Of a DNA stretch of 64,000 nt, positions 30,258 to 39,441 are shown piece by piece. Under the pieces are notes generated by a model, which was not told where the DNA came from, searched no databases, and was given only the letters and a program-made list of their open reading frames with translations. Source of the stretch: Nitrososphaeria archaeon (GTDB lineage Archaea > Thermoproteota > Nitrososphaeria > Geothermarchaeales > JDFR-13); contig JALWXN010000004.1 of NCBI GenBank assembly GCA_027078545.1, positions 192,001 to 256,000 on the forward strand, read 5' to 3'. The position numbers and the translations under genes are program-made. Numbering within the stretch: the stretch's first letter is position 1; every line of letters starts with the position of its first letter.

Positions 30258-30533
30258 ATGGCCAAGGTTGGCGTTGTATATAGAGTCATGCCTGACAAGC
30301 CTGGGAAGGAGGCTCTGGACGGGGTTGTCAGTCGTCTTAGGGAGGCCTTGTCAAGCATTGGTGTGGAGATACAGGATGTCCAGGTGGAGCCTGTAGCCTT
30401 CGGCCTATATAGTGCCAAGATCCTCATAGTGGTGGATGAGGAGGATGAGGATATCCTAAACAGGGTTGAGGAGCTGATCCCGAGCGTCGAGGGTATTGGA
30501 AGCGTGGAGAACGTGGGTATGACTAGGCTCTAG
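30258..30533 (+). CDS. ef1b: Elongation factor 1-beta
   Basis: VMP, EPVAFGL and VEGIGSVE. Confidence 0.93.
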   Translation: MAKVGVVYRVMPDKPGKEALDGVVSRLREALSSIGVEIQDVQVEPVAFGLYSAKILIVVDEEDEDILNRVEELIPSVEGIGSVENVGMTRL

Positions 30534-30663
30534 GGGTTAGCCGGGCTAGACATATTTTATTTATCAGTGGCCATTACTGTATGCCTCTTGGACATACCTC
30601 TCTTTAAATGACTACCAGGGAGTAGAATATTTTTTGGATATAAACGTGGGGGAGTAGTATAAG

Positions 30664-32832
30664 ATGGAGAGAAAGGTAGAGTTGGTTGTAAAGGATGCAT
30701 ATCCTAGGGATATTGATAGGGGTATAATCAGGATCCACAGGCTTGTGATGGAGCGTCTAGGTATACATGAGCGTAGCTCTGTCTTGGTGGAGAAGAAGGG
30801 ACGTGTAGTTGGCTGGGTTGCCTCGCTGTCCATGGAGGAGCCGGAGAACATTATAAGGCTCGACGATGAGATGAAGCGTAACCTAGGGGTGACCGATAAT
30901 GATACTGTGATCGTTAGGCCGGTGAAGCTCTTCCCAGCCAAGAAGGTTGTCCTAGTCCCGATAGACAGGATCGAGAATATAGATAGGAACTTTGAGAAGA
31001 CTATCCATAACAGATTGATTAACAGGCCTATACTCAGGGGGAACATCATAACTATAAAGCTTTTCGGGTCGCCTATCTCGCTGAGGGTGAAGAAGGTCAC
31101 TCCGGACGTGCCTGTATACATCACGGATACTACCAGGCTTGTAATTACCAGTGACTTCTCAGAGCAGATCGAGGATACCGAGGTTAGGTACGAGGATATT
31201 GGTGGTCTTGAGAAGGAGATTGAGAAGATCAGGGAGATGGTTGAACTCCCCCTTAGATTCCCCAAGCTGTTTAAGCACCTAGGTATAGATCCGCCGAAGG
31301 GTGTCATCCTATATGGGCCTCCAGGGTGTGGAAAGACTCTGCTGGCGAAGGCCGTGGCGAATGAGAGTGAGGCCAGCTTCTTCGCGATAAATGGTCCGGA
31401 GATTACTAGTAAGTATTACGGAGAGTCGGAGGCGAAGCTTAGGGAGATATTCAGGAAGGCTGAGGAGAATGCCCCCTCAATAATATTCATTGATGAGTTG
31501 GACTCGATAGCGCCTAAGAGGGAGGATGTATCTGGCGAGGCTGAGAAGAGGGTTGTGGCCCAGCTCCTGACGCTGATGGATGGTTTGAAGGGTAGGGGGC
31601 AGGTAATCGTCATAGGAGCCACTAATAGGATCGACGCTATAGACCCTGCCCTTAGGAGGCCTGGTAGGTTTGATAGGGAGATTGAGATACGTATACCTGA
31701 TGAGAAGGGGCGTTACGAGATATTCAAGATACATACTAGGGGTATGCCCCTGGCTGATGATGTGGATATCCGTAAGCTCGCCAGTATAACGCATGGATAT
31801 ACTGGTGCCGATATCCAGGCTATCTGCCGTGAAGCTGCTATGAAGGCCTTGAAGAGGAATCTGCCGCTGATTGAGGAGTATTCAGATACTGGTGAGATAC
31901 CTGATGAGGTGCTGAGTAAGATCCAGGTGACGATGAAGGACTTTATCGACGCGTATAAGGAGATAGTGCCGACAGCTCTTAGGGAGGTTGAGGTCTCGAT
32001 ACCTAAGATAACCTGGGACGATATCGGTGGGCTGAAAGAGGTTAAGAGGATGTTGAAGGAGAATGTGGAGTGGCCCCTGAAGTATCCAGATAAGTTTAAG
32101 AAGCTGGGTATTGATCCGCCTAAGGGTATCCTGCTCTATGGCCCGCCAGGCACTGGTAAGACCTTGTTGGCCCAGGCGATAGCCAGCGAGACGAATATGA
32201 ACTTCATCGTTGTTAAGGGCCCGGAGCTCCTGAGTAAGTGGGTCGGCGAGTCTGAGAAGGGTATTAGGAAGGTGTTTAAGAGGGCTAGGGACGCAGCTCC
32301 TTCAATCATATTCTTCGATGAGATTGAGGCGTTGGTGCCTATGAGGGGTAGCGACGCTGGCTCTAGGGTTACGGATAGGGTTATTAGCCAGTTCCTCACG
32401 GAGCTGGATGGTATAACGAGGCTTGAAGATGTTATCGTGATAGGGGCTACCAATAGGCCGGACATGATTGATCAGGCTCTGCTTAGGCCTGGTAGGATAG
32501 ACCTCATGATATATGTCCCGCCTCCCAACAAGGAGGATAGGTATAGTATATTGAAGATCCACACAGCCAATGTCCCGTTGGATGAGGATGTCTCGCTCTA
32601 TGAGATTGCTGAGGCTACCGAGTTCTACTCAGGTGCAGATCTAAAGGCGCTGGTCAGGGAGGCCGCCCTCACTGCTCTTAGGGAGGGTAGGGAGGTAGTG
32701 AAGCATAGCGACTTCCTGAAGGCTATGGAGAGGGTGCCGCCATCCCTTAATGAGAGTATTATAGAGTGGTATGAGAACTACGGGAAGGCGATCTATAAGA
32801 AGCAGATGAGGCTGCCCGCGGCATTCACGTAG
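30664..32832 (+). CDS. cdc48: Cdc48/VAT AAA+ ATPase
   Basis: Double-psi N-domain and two AAA modules (GPPGCGKT and GPPGTGKT); RRPGRFD. Confidence 0.98.
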   Translation: MERKVELVVKDAYPRDIDRGIIRIHRLVMERLGIHERSSVLVEKKGRVVGWVASLSMEEPENIIRLDDEMKRNLGVTDNDTVIVRPVKLFPAKKVVLVPIDRIENIDRNFEKTIHNRLINRPILRGNIITIKLFGSPISLRVKKVTPDVPVYITDTTRLVITSDFSEQIEDTEVRYEDIGGLEKEIEKIREMVELPLRFPKLFKHLGIDPPKGVILYGPPGCGKTLLAKAVANESEASFFAINGPEITSKYYGESEAKLREIFRKAEENAPSIIFIDELDSIAPKREDVSGEAEKRVVAQLLTLMDGLKGRGQVIVIGATNRIDAIDPALRRPGRFDREIEIRIPDEKGRYEIFKIHTRGMPLADDVDIRKLASITHGYTGADIQAICREAAMKALKRNLPLIEEYSDTGEIPDEVLSKIQVTMKDFIDAYKEIVPTALREVEVSIPKITWDDIGGLKEVKRMLKENVEWPLKYPDKFKKLGIDPPKGILLYGPPGTGKTLLAQAIASETNMNFIVVKGPELLSKWVGESEKGIRKVFKRARDAAPSIIFFDEIEALVPMRGSDAGSRVTDRVISQFLTELDGITRLEDVIVIGATNRPDMIDQALLRPGRIDLMIYVPPPNKEDRYSILKIHTANVPLDEDVSLYEIAEATEFYSGADLKALVREAALTALREGREVVKHSDFLKAMERVPPSLNESIIEWYENYGKAIYKKQMRLPAAFT

Positions 32833-32843
32833 CATGGGTAGAT

Positions 32844-33116
32844 ATGATGTCGAACGACTATTGGCATGGTAGGCCGGTGACTAACACGGTCTACCAGGAG
32901 CTTAGGAGGATGTTTAGGGAGCTGGCTAAGGGTAGGGAGGAGGCTAATGAGAAGATTGTTATCCAGTATGACTCCTTCATATACTATATGAGGGATGCCT
33001 ACCCCAACATCAGTGAGGAGGAGATTAGGAAGGCTCTGCTCAGGCTTGAGCTCTGGGGGAAGATTAGTGTCGAGAATAATGGTAATACACTGGAGATCCG
33101 TCTCCTGGAGGAGTGA
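32844..33116 (+). CDS. Small hypothetical protein, winged-helix-like
   Basis: ISEEEIRKALLRLELWGKISV wHTH-like pattern; co-oriented between cdc48 and fen. Confidence 0.65.
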   Translation: MMSNDYWHGRPVTNTVYQELRRMFRELAKGREEANEKIVIQYDSFIYYMRDAYPNISEEEIRKALLRLELWGKISVENNGNTLEIRLLEE

Positions 33117-33125
33117 GGTGGTGGG

Positions 33126-34145
33126 ATGGGGGTCAACGTAGCACCCCTCATATCGGAGTATAAGGAGAAGACTGATTTCCCTAGGCTGAGGGGCTGGGTA
33201 ATAGTTATCGATGGCTTCAACACCCTCTACCAGTTCTTAACGACTATAAGGGATAAGACTGGCCGTCCACTTAGGGATAGCAGTGGAAGGGTGACTAGTC
33301 ATCTAAGCGGCCTCTTCTACCGGAATGTAAACCTACTTAAGTTCGGGATTAAGCCCGCCTATGTGTTCGACGGCCCACCGCCCCGTCTAAAGATGCTTGA
33401 GCTTGAGAGGCGTAACAAGATCAAGGCTGAGAGTAGGCAGAAGTTTGAGGAGGCCCTTGCTAGGAAGGATTTCGAGGCGGCTAGAAAATATGCAGCCATG
33501 GCTGCACAGCTGGAGGAGTATATGGTCACAGATGCGAAGGAGCTGTTGAGGTTGATGGGTATACCCGTCATTGATGCTCCGCAGGAGGGTGAGGCCCAGG
33601 CGGCCTATATAGCGATGAAGGGTGATGCCGATGCTGTGGGGTCTCAGGACTACGACTCACTCCTCTTCGGAGCCCCCAAGGTAGTCAGGAATATAACGTT
33701 GACCGGAACCGTGAAGTATCCTAGTAAAGGTATAGAGGTGAGGATGGAGCCTGAGGTCATAAAGCTGGACAAGGTTCTTGATAAGCTTGGGATTACTAGG
33801 CAGCAGCTGGTGGATATCGCCATCCTGATAGGGACGGATTATAACGAGGGTGTCAGGGGGATAGGGCCTAAGAAGGCGTATGACCTTGTGAGGAGGTATG
33901 GCAGTATAGAGAACATACCCGATGTGAGGGGGAAGCTGGATATGGATCTGGTGAGGGAGGTTAGGAAGATATTCCTCTCCCCTGAGGTGACGGATGAGTA
34001 TGACCTTACCTTCAGTACACCGGATTATGAGGGGATAATGCGTTTCCTCTGTGATGAGCATGACTTTAGTAGGGAGCGTGTGAAGAAGGCCCTTGACGAG
34101 CTTAGGAAGGCCCTATCGGTTAAGAGTCTCGACCAGTGGTTCTAA
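33126..34145 (+). CDS. fen: Flap endonuclease 1
   Basis: LYQFL, TSHLSG, EGEAQAA, SQDYDSLLFG and GTDYN..GIGPK. Confidence 0.98.
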   Translation: MGVNVAPLISEYKEKTDFPRLRGWVIVIDGFNTLYQFLTTIRDKTGRPLRDSSGRVTSHLSGLFYRNVNLLKFGIKPAYVFDGPPPRLKMLELERRNKIKAESRQKFEEALARKDFEAARKYAAMAAQLEEYMVTDAKELLRLMGIPVIDAPQEGEAQAAYIAMKGDADAVGSQDYDSLLFGAPKVVRNITLTGTVKYPSKGIEVRMEPEVIKLDKVLDKLGITRQQLVDIAILIGTDYNEGVRGIGPKKAYDLVRRYGSIENIPDVRGKLDMDLVREVRKIFLSPEVTDEYDLTFSTPDYEGIMRFLCDEHDFSRERVKKALDELRKALSVKSLDQWF

Positions 34146-34195
34146 TAAGCTCCAAATCTTTAATTAGGGTCTATTCTAATGAAATATGGTGGTGT

Positions 34196-34272
<77 letters not shown>

Positions 34273-34286
34273 AACTCTTCTTAGGA

Positions 34287-34380
34287 GGGGCCGTGGTGTA
34301 GCTTGGCTAGAACCGAGTTTGGTGGCCAGCATGCGGGCCTCGGGAGCCCGTGGTCGCCGGTTCAAATCCGGCCGGCCCCA
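34287..34380 (+). tRNA. tRNA-Pro (CGG) with 19-nt D-arm intron (34311-34329, position 22/23)
   Basis: Removing the intron gives a sequence identical to tRNA-Pro(TGG) at 38434 except at the wobble base. Confidence 0.93.
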
Positions 34381-34395
34381 CCTGAAGATGCCTGG

Positions 34396-35628
34396 TCATA
34401 TCCTGATCATGCCTGAGAAGTATTCCGCCAAGGCTATGGGAGTCTCTTCACCGTCTTCTTCATAGACTATTAAAGCCCTTCCACGTATCTCGCTATCCGC
34501 CTCGTGCCTGACTACCCCTCTCCTGATTAGTTGGGCTATCTCCTTCGACGACTGGATTTTTAGTGTGGGTATCGTCCTCTCGCTGCATATCCCACTGTAG
34601 ATACATGAGGCGTATCTGCAGGTCTCTCTCGCTAGCTCGTAGACTGGTCTATATGCGCCGGGCGGCTTGGTATATCCATCCTCTATCTCGGGGCCGTCTA
34701 TCTTCCTGAATATCGCTATGTACATCAGCCCCGTGTTGCCCTTATATCTATCGATGTTTAGGCTTGGGAGTATGAAGAAGGACCCTGGCGCGTCGTCGGG
34801 TGAAAAGGTCTCTAGGGGGAGTCGAAGATCCCTATTGATAGGTTCCCATCCATTCTTGAGGGCCTCATGATATACGTCTATCGTCTCCTCCCTGGTCAGG
34901 GTGCATGTCAAGTATACTAGGTATCCACCCCTCCTCACCATCTGGGATATGTGTTTTACAATGGATCTCTGGAGGGAGGAGTATGCCTCTCTATGTTTTA
35001 GGTTGGTGACCACCTCCTGTACCCTTTTATATAGTAGATCGAGGCCGGTGCATGGAGCGTCGAATATGACTAGGTCGTAGGGCCCGGATGAGGGGAGCTT
35101 CTCACCCCTGTGCCTAGAAGTCCAAACATTCCGGAGGCAGTGTCTAACTATGTTGTTCACCAGTCTCCTGTGACGGGCTCTGTTGGGCTCGTTGGCCACG
35201 ATGGCTGAGTCTGGATATGTGTTTGCCGCTATAAATGTCTTCCCTCCAGGGGCAGCCGCCACGTCTAGGATGTGATCCATCTCCTCTCCCCTCCCTATTG
35301 TTTCGAGGATTATGTGTAGGGCTGCGCTGGCCAACTCCATGATGTAGTACCCCCCATTCCTGTGTATAGCGTTGTCCAGGAGTTCATACCCGTCTAGGAC
35401 GACTCCAACCCTCCTCTCTAGGCCCTTTAGGGGGGATATGTCTATCCCTGCCTCACCCAGTATTTTGAAGATATAATCGCCTCTATATCCCGCTAATGTG
35501 TTTATCGATATGGTCTTGATCGGGCGTCTAGCGAGGATCTCCGCCTCCTTCAGCGGGTCTATACCCTCTATAGATGATTCTAGTAGGAGTCTCCCTAGTA
35601 TACTGGGCAGCTCCATCCTATTCCCCAT
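34396..35628 (-). CDS. RsmB/NOP2-family RNA m5C methyltransferase
   Basis: DVAAAPGGKT, DAPCTG and YLTCTL..EE. Confidence 0.9.
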   Translation of the reverse strand: MGNRMELPSILGRLLLESSIEGIDPLKEAEILARRPIKTISINTLAGYRGDYIFKILGEAGIDISPLKGLERRVGVVLDGYELLDNAIHRNGGYYIMELASAALHIILETIGRGEEMDHILDVAAAPGGKTFIAANTYPDSAIVANEPNRARHRRLVNNIVRHCLRNVWTSRHRGEKLPSSGPYDLVIFDAPCTGLDLLYKRVQEVVTNLKHREAYSSLQRSIVKHISQMVRRGGYLVYLTCTLTREETIDVYHEALKNGWEPINRDLRLPLETFSPDDAPGSFFILPSLNIDRYKGNTGLMYIAIFRKIDGPEIEDGYTKPPGAYRPVYELARETCRYASCIYSGICSERTIPTLKIQSSKEIAQLIRRGVVRHEADSEIRGRALIVYEEDGEETPIALAEYFSGMIRI

Positions 35629-35691
35629 GTCTCCCTTGTTAATTTTTAATATGGGTAGGTGAAACCAAATATTCTTGATGCTATAGTGCTT

Positions 35692-35824
35692 GGGGCCGTG
35701 GCCCAGCCAGGAAGGGCGGCCGACAATATCGTTGGCTGAGGCTCCAGATCCCGGTATTAGGACCCTCTGGGGATGACTGGTGGATACCGGTCGGTCGTGG
35801 GTTCAAATCCCACCGGCCCCACCA
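35692..35824 (+). tRNA. tRNA-Trp (CCA) with two introns (35723-35740 at 30/31; 35748-35785 at 37/38)
   Basis: Splicing restores GCCGG-CT-CCA-GA-CCGGT; the first intron forms a full BHB (CGGC/GCTG central helix). Confidence 0.9.
35748..35785 (+). ncRNA. Putative intron-encoded minimal box C'/D' guide (predicted Cm39 of pre-tRNA-Trp)
   Basis: Guide CCGGTATT plus AGGA-CCC-TCT-GGG-GATGAC kink-turn; N+5 lands on C39. Confidence 0.6.
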
Positions 35825-35959
35825 CCCTCCTCACAGGTATAACCACCCCCAAAAATCGGGAAGTGTATAGATTACTGCATAGAGAATTTATATTATGCCG
35901 ATATTATGTCAAGTAGTGATACTCAATGGGTTAGACGGCTCTCGGGAGGTGTGGATTAA

Positions 35960-36454
35960 GTGCCTAATAGGCGTGATGTAATAAAGGCGTTGGCTGCCGC
36001 TTCTGGTCTAGCCTGCCTAGCCCCATTCATACCTCTGGGCAAGTTCCTTACCCCTGAGTCTGGAACCGCCCCTCCACGTCAGAAAATAGCTAATATCGAG
36101 GATATCCCGATTGGTACTGAGAGATTTGTTGTATATCCCCGTAGTGGTGATCCCGCGAGGGATAAGGATCCTTTTAGGCAGTTCACCGTGGTCAGGACTG
36201 GTGAGCGTGAGGTAGTTGGGTATAGTAGGGTCTGTATCCATCTATGGTGTCTCATATCCCTAGATAAGGAGACTGGAAACACGTTCCAGTGTCCATGCCA
36301 CGGAAGTATTTATACTGTGGAGGATGGCTTTGCAATTGCGGGTCCCGCAGCTAAGCAGCCCAACAGATATCTACCTAAGCTCCTCCTCGAGATAGACGAG
36401 GCGGGCGATATATACGCTGTTGGTGTGGAGGGTGAGATTGGATATGGCAGGTGA
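35960..36454 (+). CDS. Rieske [2Fe-2S] protein with Tat signal
   Basis: NRRDVIK twin-Arg signal; CIHLWC and CPCHGS. Confidence 0.95.
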   Translation: MPNRRDVIKALAAASGLACLAPFIPLGKFLTPESGTAPPRQKIANIEDIPIGTERFVVYPRSGDPARDKDPFRQFTVVRTGEREVVGYSRVCIHLWCLISLDKETGNTFQCPCHGSIYTVEDGFAIAGPAAKQPNRYLPKLLLEIDEAGDIYAVGVEGEIGYGR

Positions 36455-37784
36455 GGAGCAGCAGAAGAAGTCTCTAGTAGATAGGGCCATAGAGGCCTAT
36501 GACTGGACTATTAAGAGGCTAGAGAGGACCATCCTATTCGGTATCCGCTTCGTAGTTCCAAATAGGATCGTGAGTCCCCATGGATTTCTAGGTATGCTCA
36601 CCTTCATAACCTTCATAGTCCTAGGTATTACAGGAGGCCTCTTAATGTTCTACTACCGCCCAACTCTTGACCAGGCATATCCCAGTGTAGAGATGATTAA
36701 CAATGAGGTGGACTTCGGGATAATTATTAGGAATATCCATTACCACGCCTCTAACCTTATGATCTTCCTGGCCATTTACCACCTGTTCTACCAGTTGTTC
36801 TCAGGGAGGTATAAAATTAGGAATGAGGTTATATGGGTAACTGGGGTCATACTCGGTACACTTACAATCATCGAGGCCTACATAGGATACGACTTGATAA
36901 TGAATGAGAGGGCTGTTCTAGCCATCAATATTGGTGCTGCCCTGGCTTATTCAACCCCTGTTATAGGACCTGTAATAGCCGATATAGTGATAGGCACGGG
37001 CTTCAACGACCTAGTCCTTAGAATATATGCTCTACACGTCTTTATACTCCCCTTGACGATGCTCCTACTAATCACGTTACACTTCCCTAGGAACCTGGTC
37101 TTCGACCCAGGTATGGCTGGTATTGTGGTGGGTACCCTGTTCATCACTTCGGCTCTATATCCAGTTCCACTTGGTAATCAGTACGATCCGTTTAGACCAC
37201 TCCCCATAACGATCCCAGAGTGGTATATCAACCCGCTATACGCACTGTTGAGAACAGGTATAGATAAGTTTGTTGCTGGCGTACTCCTCCCCACACTGTT
37301 CATCATGATGTTTATGATAGTTCCGTTTGTTGACAGGTCTAAAGGGATGAGGCTCGCGGATAGGCCTGTGGCCCTGGGTATTGGGCTAGCTGGCGTTTCT
37401 CAGAGCATCGTCACCACAGTCTGGGGGTTCTATGTAGACCCGGATCCAACAAAGGGTTATAATGCCCGTCTAGAGATCGACCCAGTGCTCTTCTTCGGTG
37501 TACTTATACTTCTAAACGTGGCGTCATTCGGCGCTGCATATGCCTACTCCAAGTATAGCAAGGGTAGAAAGCCAGAGCCTGTAAGGAGGGCTACTCAGCA
37601 GTTTAAACTATCTGATGAGGAGTTGACGGCCCTCTTCTACCTGCTATTAGCTGCAGAGATAGCCGTGGTTATACTCTCCCTTGTATCCTACTACATGGGT
37701 AACCTGATCTTCGGAATGCTTATGACGGGGGCGTCGCTGATCGCCTTCGGATTCATTACATATGTCATTAGGTTGATGTCGTGA
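36444..37784 (+). CDS. Cytochrome b subunit of a Rieske/cyt b complex, unsplit with extra C-terminal helices
   Basis: His pairs IHYH...YH and LH...LH; W.TG, GY.L and PEWY. Confidence 0.95.
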   Translation: MAGEEQQKKSLVDRAIEAYDWTIKRLERTILFGIRFVVPNRIVSPHGFLGMLTFITFIVLGITGGLLMFYYRPTLDQAYPSVEMINNEVDFGIIIRNIHYHASNLMIFLAIYHLFYQLFSGRYKIRNEVIWVTGVILGTLTIIEAYIGYDLIMNERAVLAINIGAALAYSTPVIGPVIADIVIGTGFNDLVLRIYALHVFILPLTMLLLITLHFPRNLVFDPGMAGIVVGTLFITSALYPVPLGNQYDPFRPLPITIPEWYINPLYALLRTGIDKFVAGVLLPTLFIMMFMIVPFVDRSKGMRLADRPVALGIGLAGVSQSIVTTVWGFYVDPDPTKGYNARLEIDPVLFFGVLILLNVASFGAAYAYSKYSKGRKPEPVRRATQQFKLSDEELTALFYLLLAAEIAVVILSLVSYYMGNLIFGMLMTGASLIAFGFITYVIRLMS

Positions 37785-37793
37785 GGTGGGATT

Positions 37794-38396
37794 ATGGATC
37801 GTGGCCTCTATTTGGCTAGCGTCTTCCTAATAACAATAGGTCTGCTCGGGGTTTGGCTCGGCTCCTTTGCAGGCGTCTCTGAGTCGTTTGTCGAGATGAC
37901 TCCCCCCTCATTAGCAGTCTTCCTTCTAGGGCTATTCCTACTACCCATAGCTCTCTTCAAGGGTGGGCCTCCCACTGCTGATGCATATGTACCCATAGCC
38001 TTCCTCTTTGTACTTGGATTTCTATTGATTGGCTGGGGATTCATGTTCGGAGGTGAGGGTGAGACAGTCATCCTAGGCACTCAGGAAATGTATCTAGTGA
38101 TGACCGAGTACGCTTTTAACTACACCAACCCAGATATCGAGGTTTATCAGAACTATTTGGTAAGGGTGATACTCGATAATAAAGGAGAGGTTCAGCACTC
38201 GTTCATGGTCCTCGGGGTCTCGGAGGACAGTGGGTATATCGACCCTGAGCAGGTATACACCATGGAGTTCGTGATAAACCAAGACCCTGGGGTGTATGAG
38301 TATCTATGTACCGTCCCTGGTCATAGAGAGGCAGGGATGTACGGAACCTGGATTATTCAAGAGCCTCCTGAGAACGCTACAGCCACTGGTGAATAG
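37794..38396 (+). CDS. Membrane-anchored type-1 blue copper (cupredoxin) protein
   Basis: Three TM helices, then HSF...YLCTVPGHREAGM. Confidence 0.9.
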   Translation: MDRGLYLASVFLITIGLLGVWLGSFAGVSESFVEMTPPSLAVFLLGLFLLPIALFKGGPPTADAYVPIAFLFVLGFLLIGWGFMFGGEGETVILGTQEMYLVMTEYAFNYTNPDIEVYQNYLVRVILDNKGEVQHSFMVLGVSEDSGYIDPEQVYTMEFVINQDPGVYEYLCTVPGHREAGMYGTWIIQEPPENATATGE

Positions 38397-38410
38397 CTTC
38401 CACAGAAACC

Positions 38411-38433
38411 CAAAATTTTTATTTTTTGATTTT
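38411..38433. terminator. A/T-tract terminator region between the cupredoxin gene and the convergent tRNA-Pro
   Basis: CAAAATTTTTATTTTTTGATTTT. Confidence 0.5.
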
Positions 38434-38511
38434 TGGTGGGGCCGGCCGGATTTGAACCGGCGACCACGGGCTCCCAAGGCCCGCATGCTAGCCAAGCTAC
38501 ACCACGGCCCC
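38434..38511 (-). tRNA. tRNA-Pro (TGG), intronless, CCA encoded
   Basis: CGGGC-CT-TGG-GA-GCCCG anticodon arm. Confidence 0.97.
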
Positions 38512-38520
38512 TACTCCATT

Positions 38521-38877
38521 TTAATCTGATAACCCTCCTTCTTTAAGAGCTATTATAGCCGCTGCTATATCTCCCTGGGTAAGCTCCAGGGCTTTTATCG
38601 CCAGCTCCCTATCCACGTTCGCCTGCTCCATGACTATGGCGATGTCCTCCTCGGAGAACTCAGTCTTACCCTCTTCCTCATACTCCTCCTCGTTGCCTAT
38701 TACCTGGTATATCGTGGTCTCGCCCATGGCGATCTTGCTGACGTTCGGGTCTACTATCCGGGTCTTCCTACCATCTCTATATATAAATATGACCTCCTCT
38801 ACATCCAGGTTCTCCATACGCTCTATACCCATCTTCTTCATCATTCTCCTTAGTTCCCTAGATCCTATCCGCCTCAT
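38521..38877 (-). CDS. nac: Nascent polypeptide-associated complex protein
   Basis: RRMMKKMGI, YQVIG and UBA-like EEDI..V.EQA.V...A..AL...GDIAAAI. Confidence 0.95.
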   Translation of the reverse strand: MRRIGSRELRRMMKKMGIERMENLDVEEVIFIYRDGRKTRIVDPNVSKIAMGETTIYQVIGNEEEYEEEGKTEFSEEDIAIVMEQANVDRELAIKALELTQGDIAAAIIALKEGGLSD

Positions 38878-38956
38878 CCCCCATCCTCAAAATAGTTTGT
38901 CATGGGCAGTCTCAATAAATATTTGGGGGTATTGGGAGTAGAATTATTGTAGCAAA

Positions 38957-39436
38957 ATGTCTTGTGAACTGTGTGGATCCAAGTCGGATGAGTTACATCT
39001 CGTCATCTTCTCTGGGAGCCGTGTACTGGCCTGCCAATCCTGTATCAGGAAGTATGGCTTGGTCGTTATACGTAGGTCTGGTGAGCCTAGGAAGAGGCCC
39101 ATCGCTAGGCAGACTAGGCAGCAGCGGAGTGTCAGGCCACCATCCCCTGAGTATGATGTCGTGGAGGACTATGGCCAGATTATTAAGAGGGCTAGGGAGG
39201 AGCGGGGCTTGACCCAGGAGGACCTGGCTAGACTGGTTGGTGTGAAGCTTAGCTACATAAGGAAGGTTGAGCAGGGGAAGATGGTTCCGGAACTCCCTGT
39301 TCTTAGGAAGCTTGAGAAGCTGCTCTCCGTGAAGCTGGTCGAGGAGGCTGTGCCTAGGGAGGAGAAAGCTATATATTCATCTGGAGGGGATGACTCTATT
39401 ACCTTGGGAGACCTTCTAGGTAGGGAGGAGCCGTAG
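38957..39436 (+). CDS. mbf1: Multiprotein bridging factor aMBF1
   Basis: CELCG...C..C Zn ribbon, VVEDYG..IK.ARE HTH and TLGD. Confidence 0.95.
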   Translation: MSCELCGSKSDELHLVIFSGSRVLACQSCIRKYGLVVIRRSGEPRKRPIARQTRQQRSVRPPSPEYDVVEDYGQIIKRAREERGLTQEDLARLVGVKLSYIRKVEQGKMVPELPVLRKLEKLLSVKLVEEAVPREEKAIYSSGGDDSITLGDLLGREEP

Positions 39437-39441
39437 GGTGG

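Noticed and set aside
30612-31307. Long antisense ORFs opposite cdc48, rrp41, secY and ribosomal protein genes
   Set aside because: Shadow frames of well-conserved genes with no motifs
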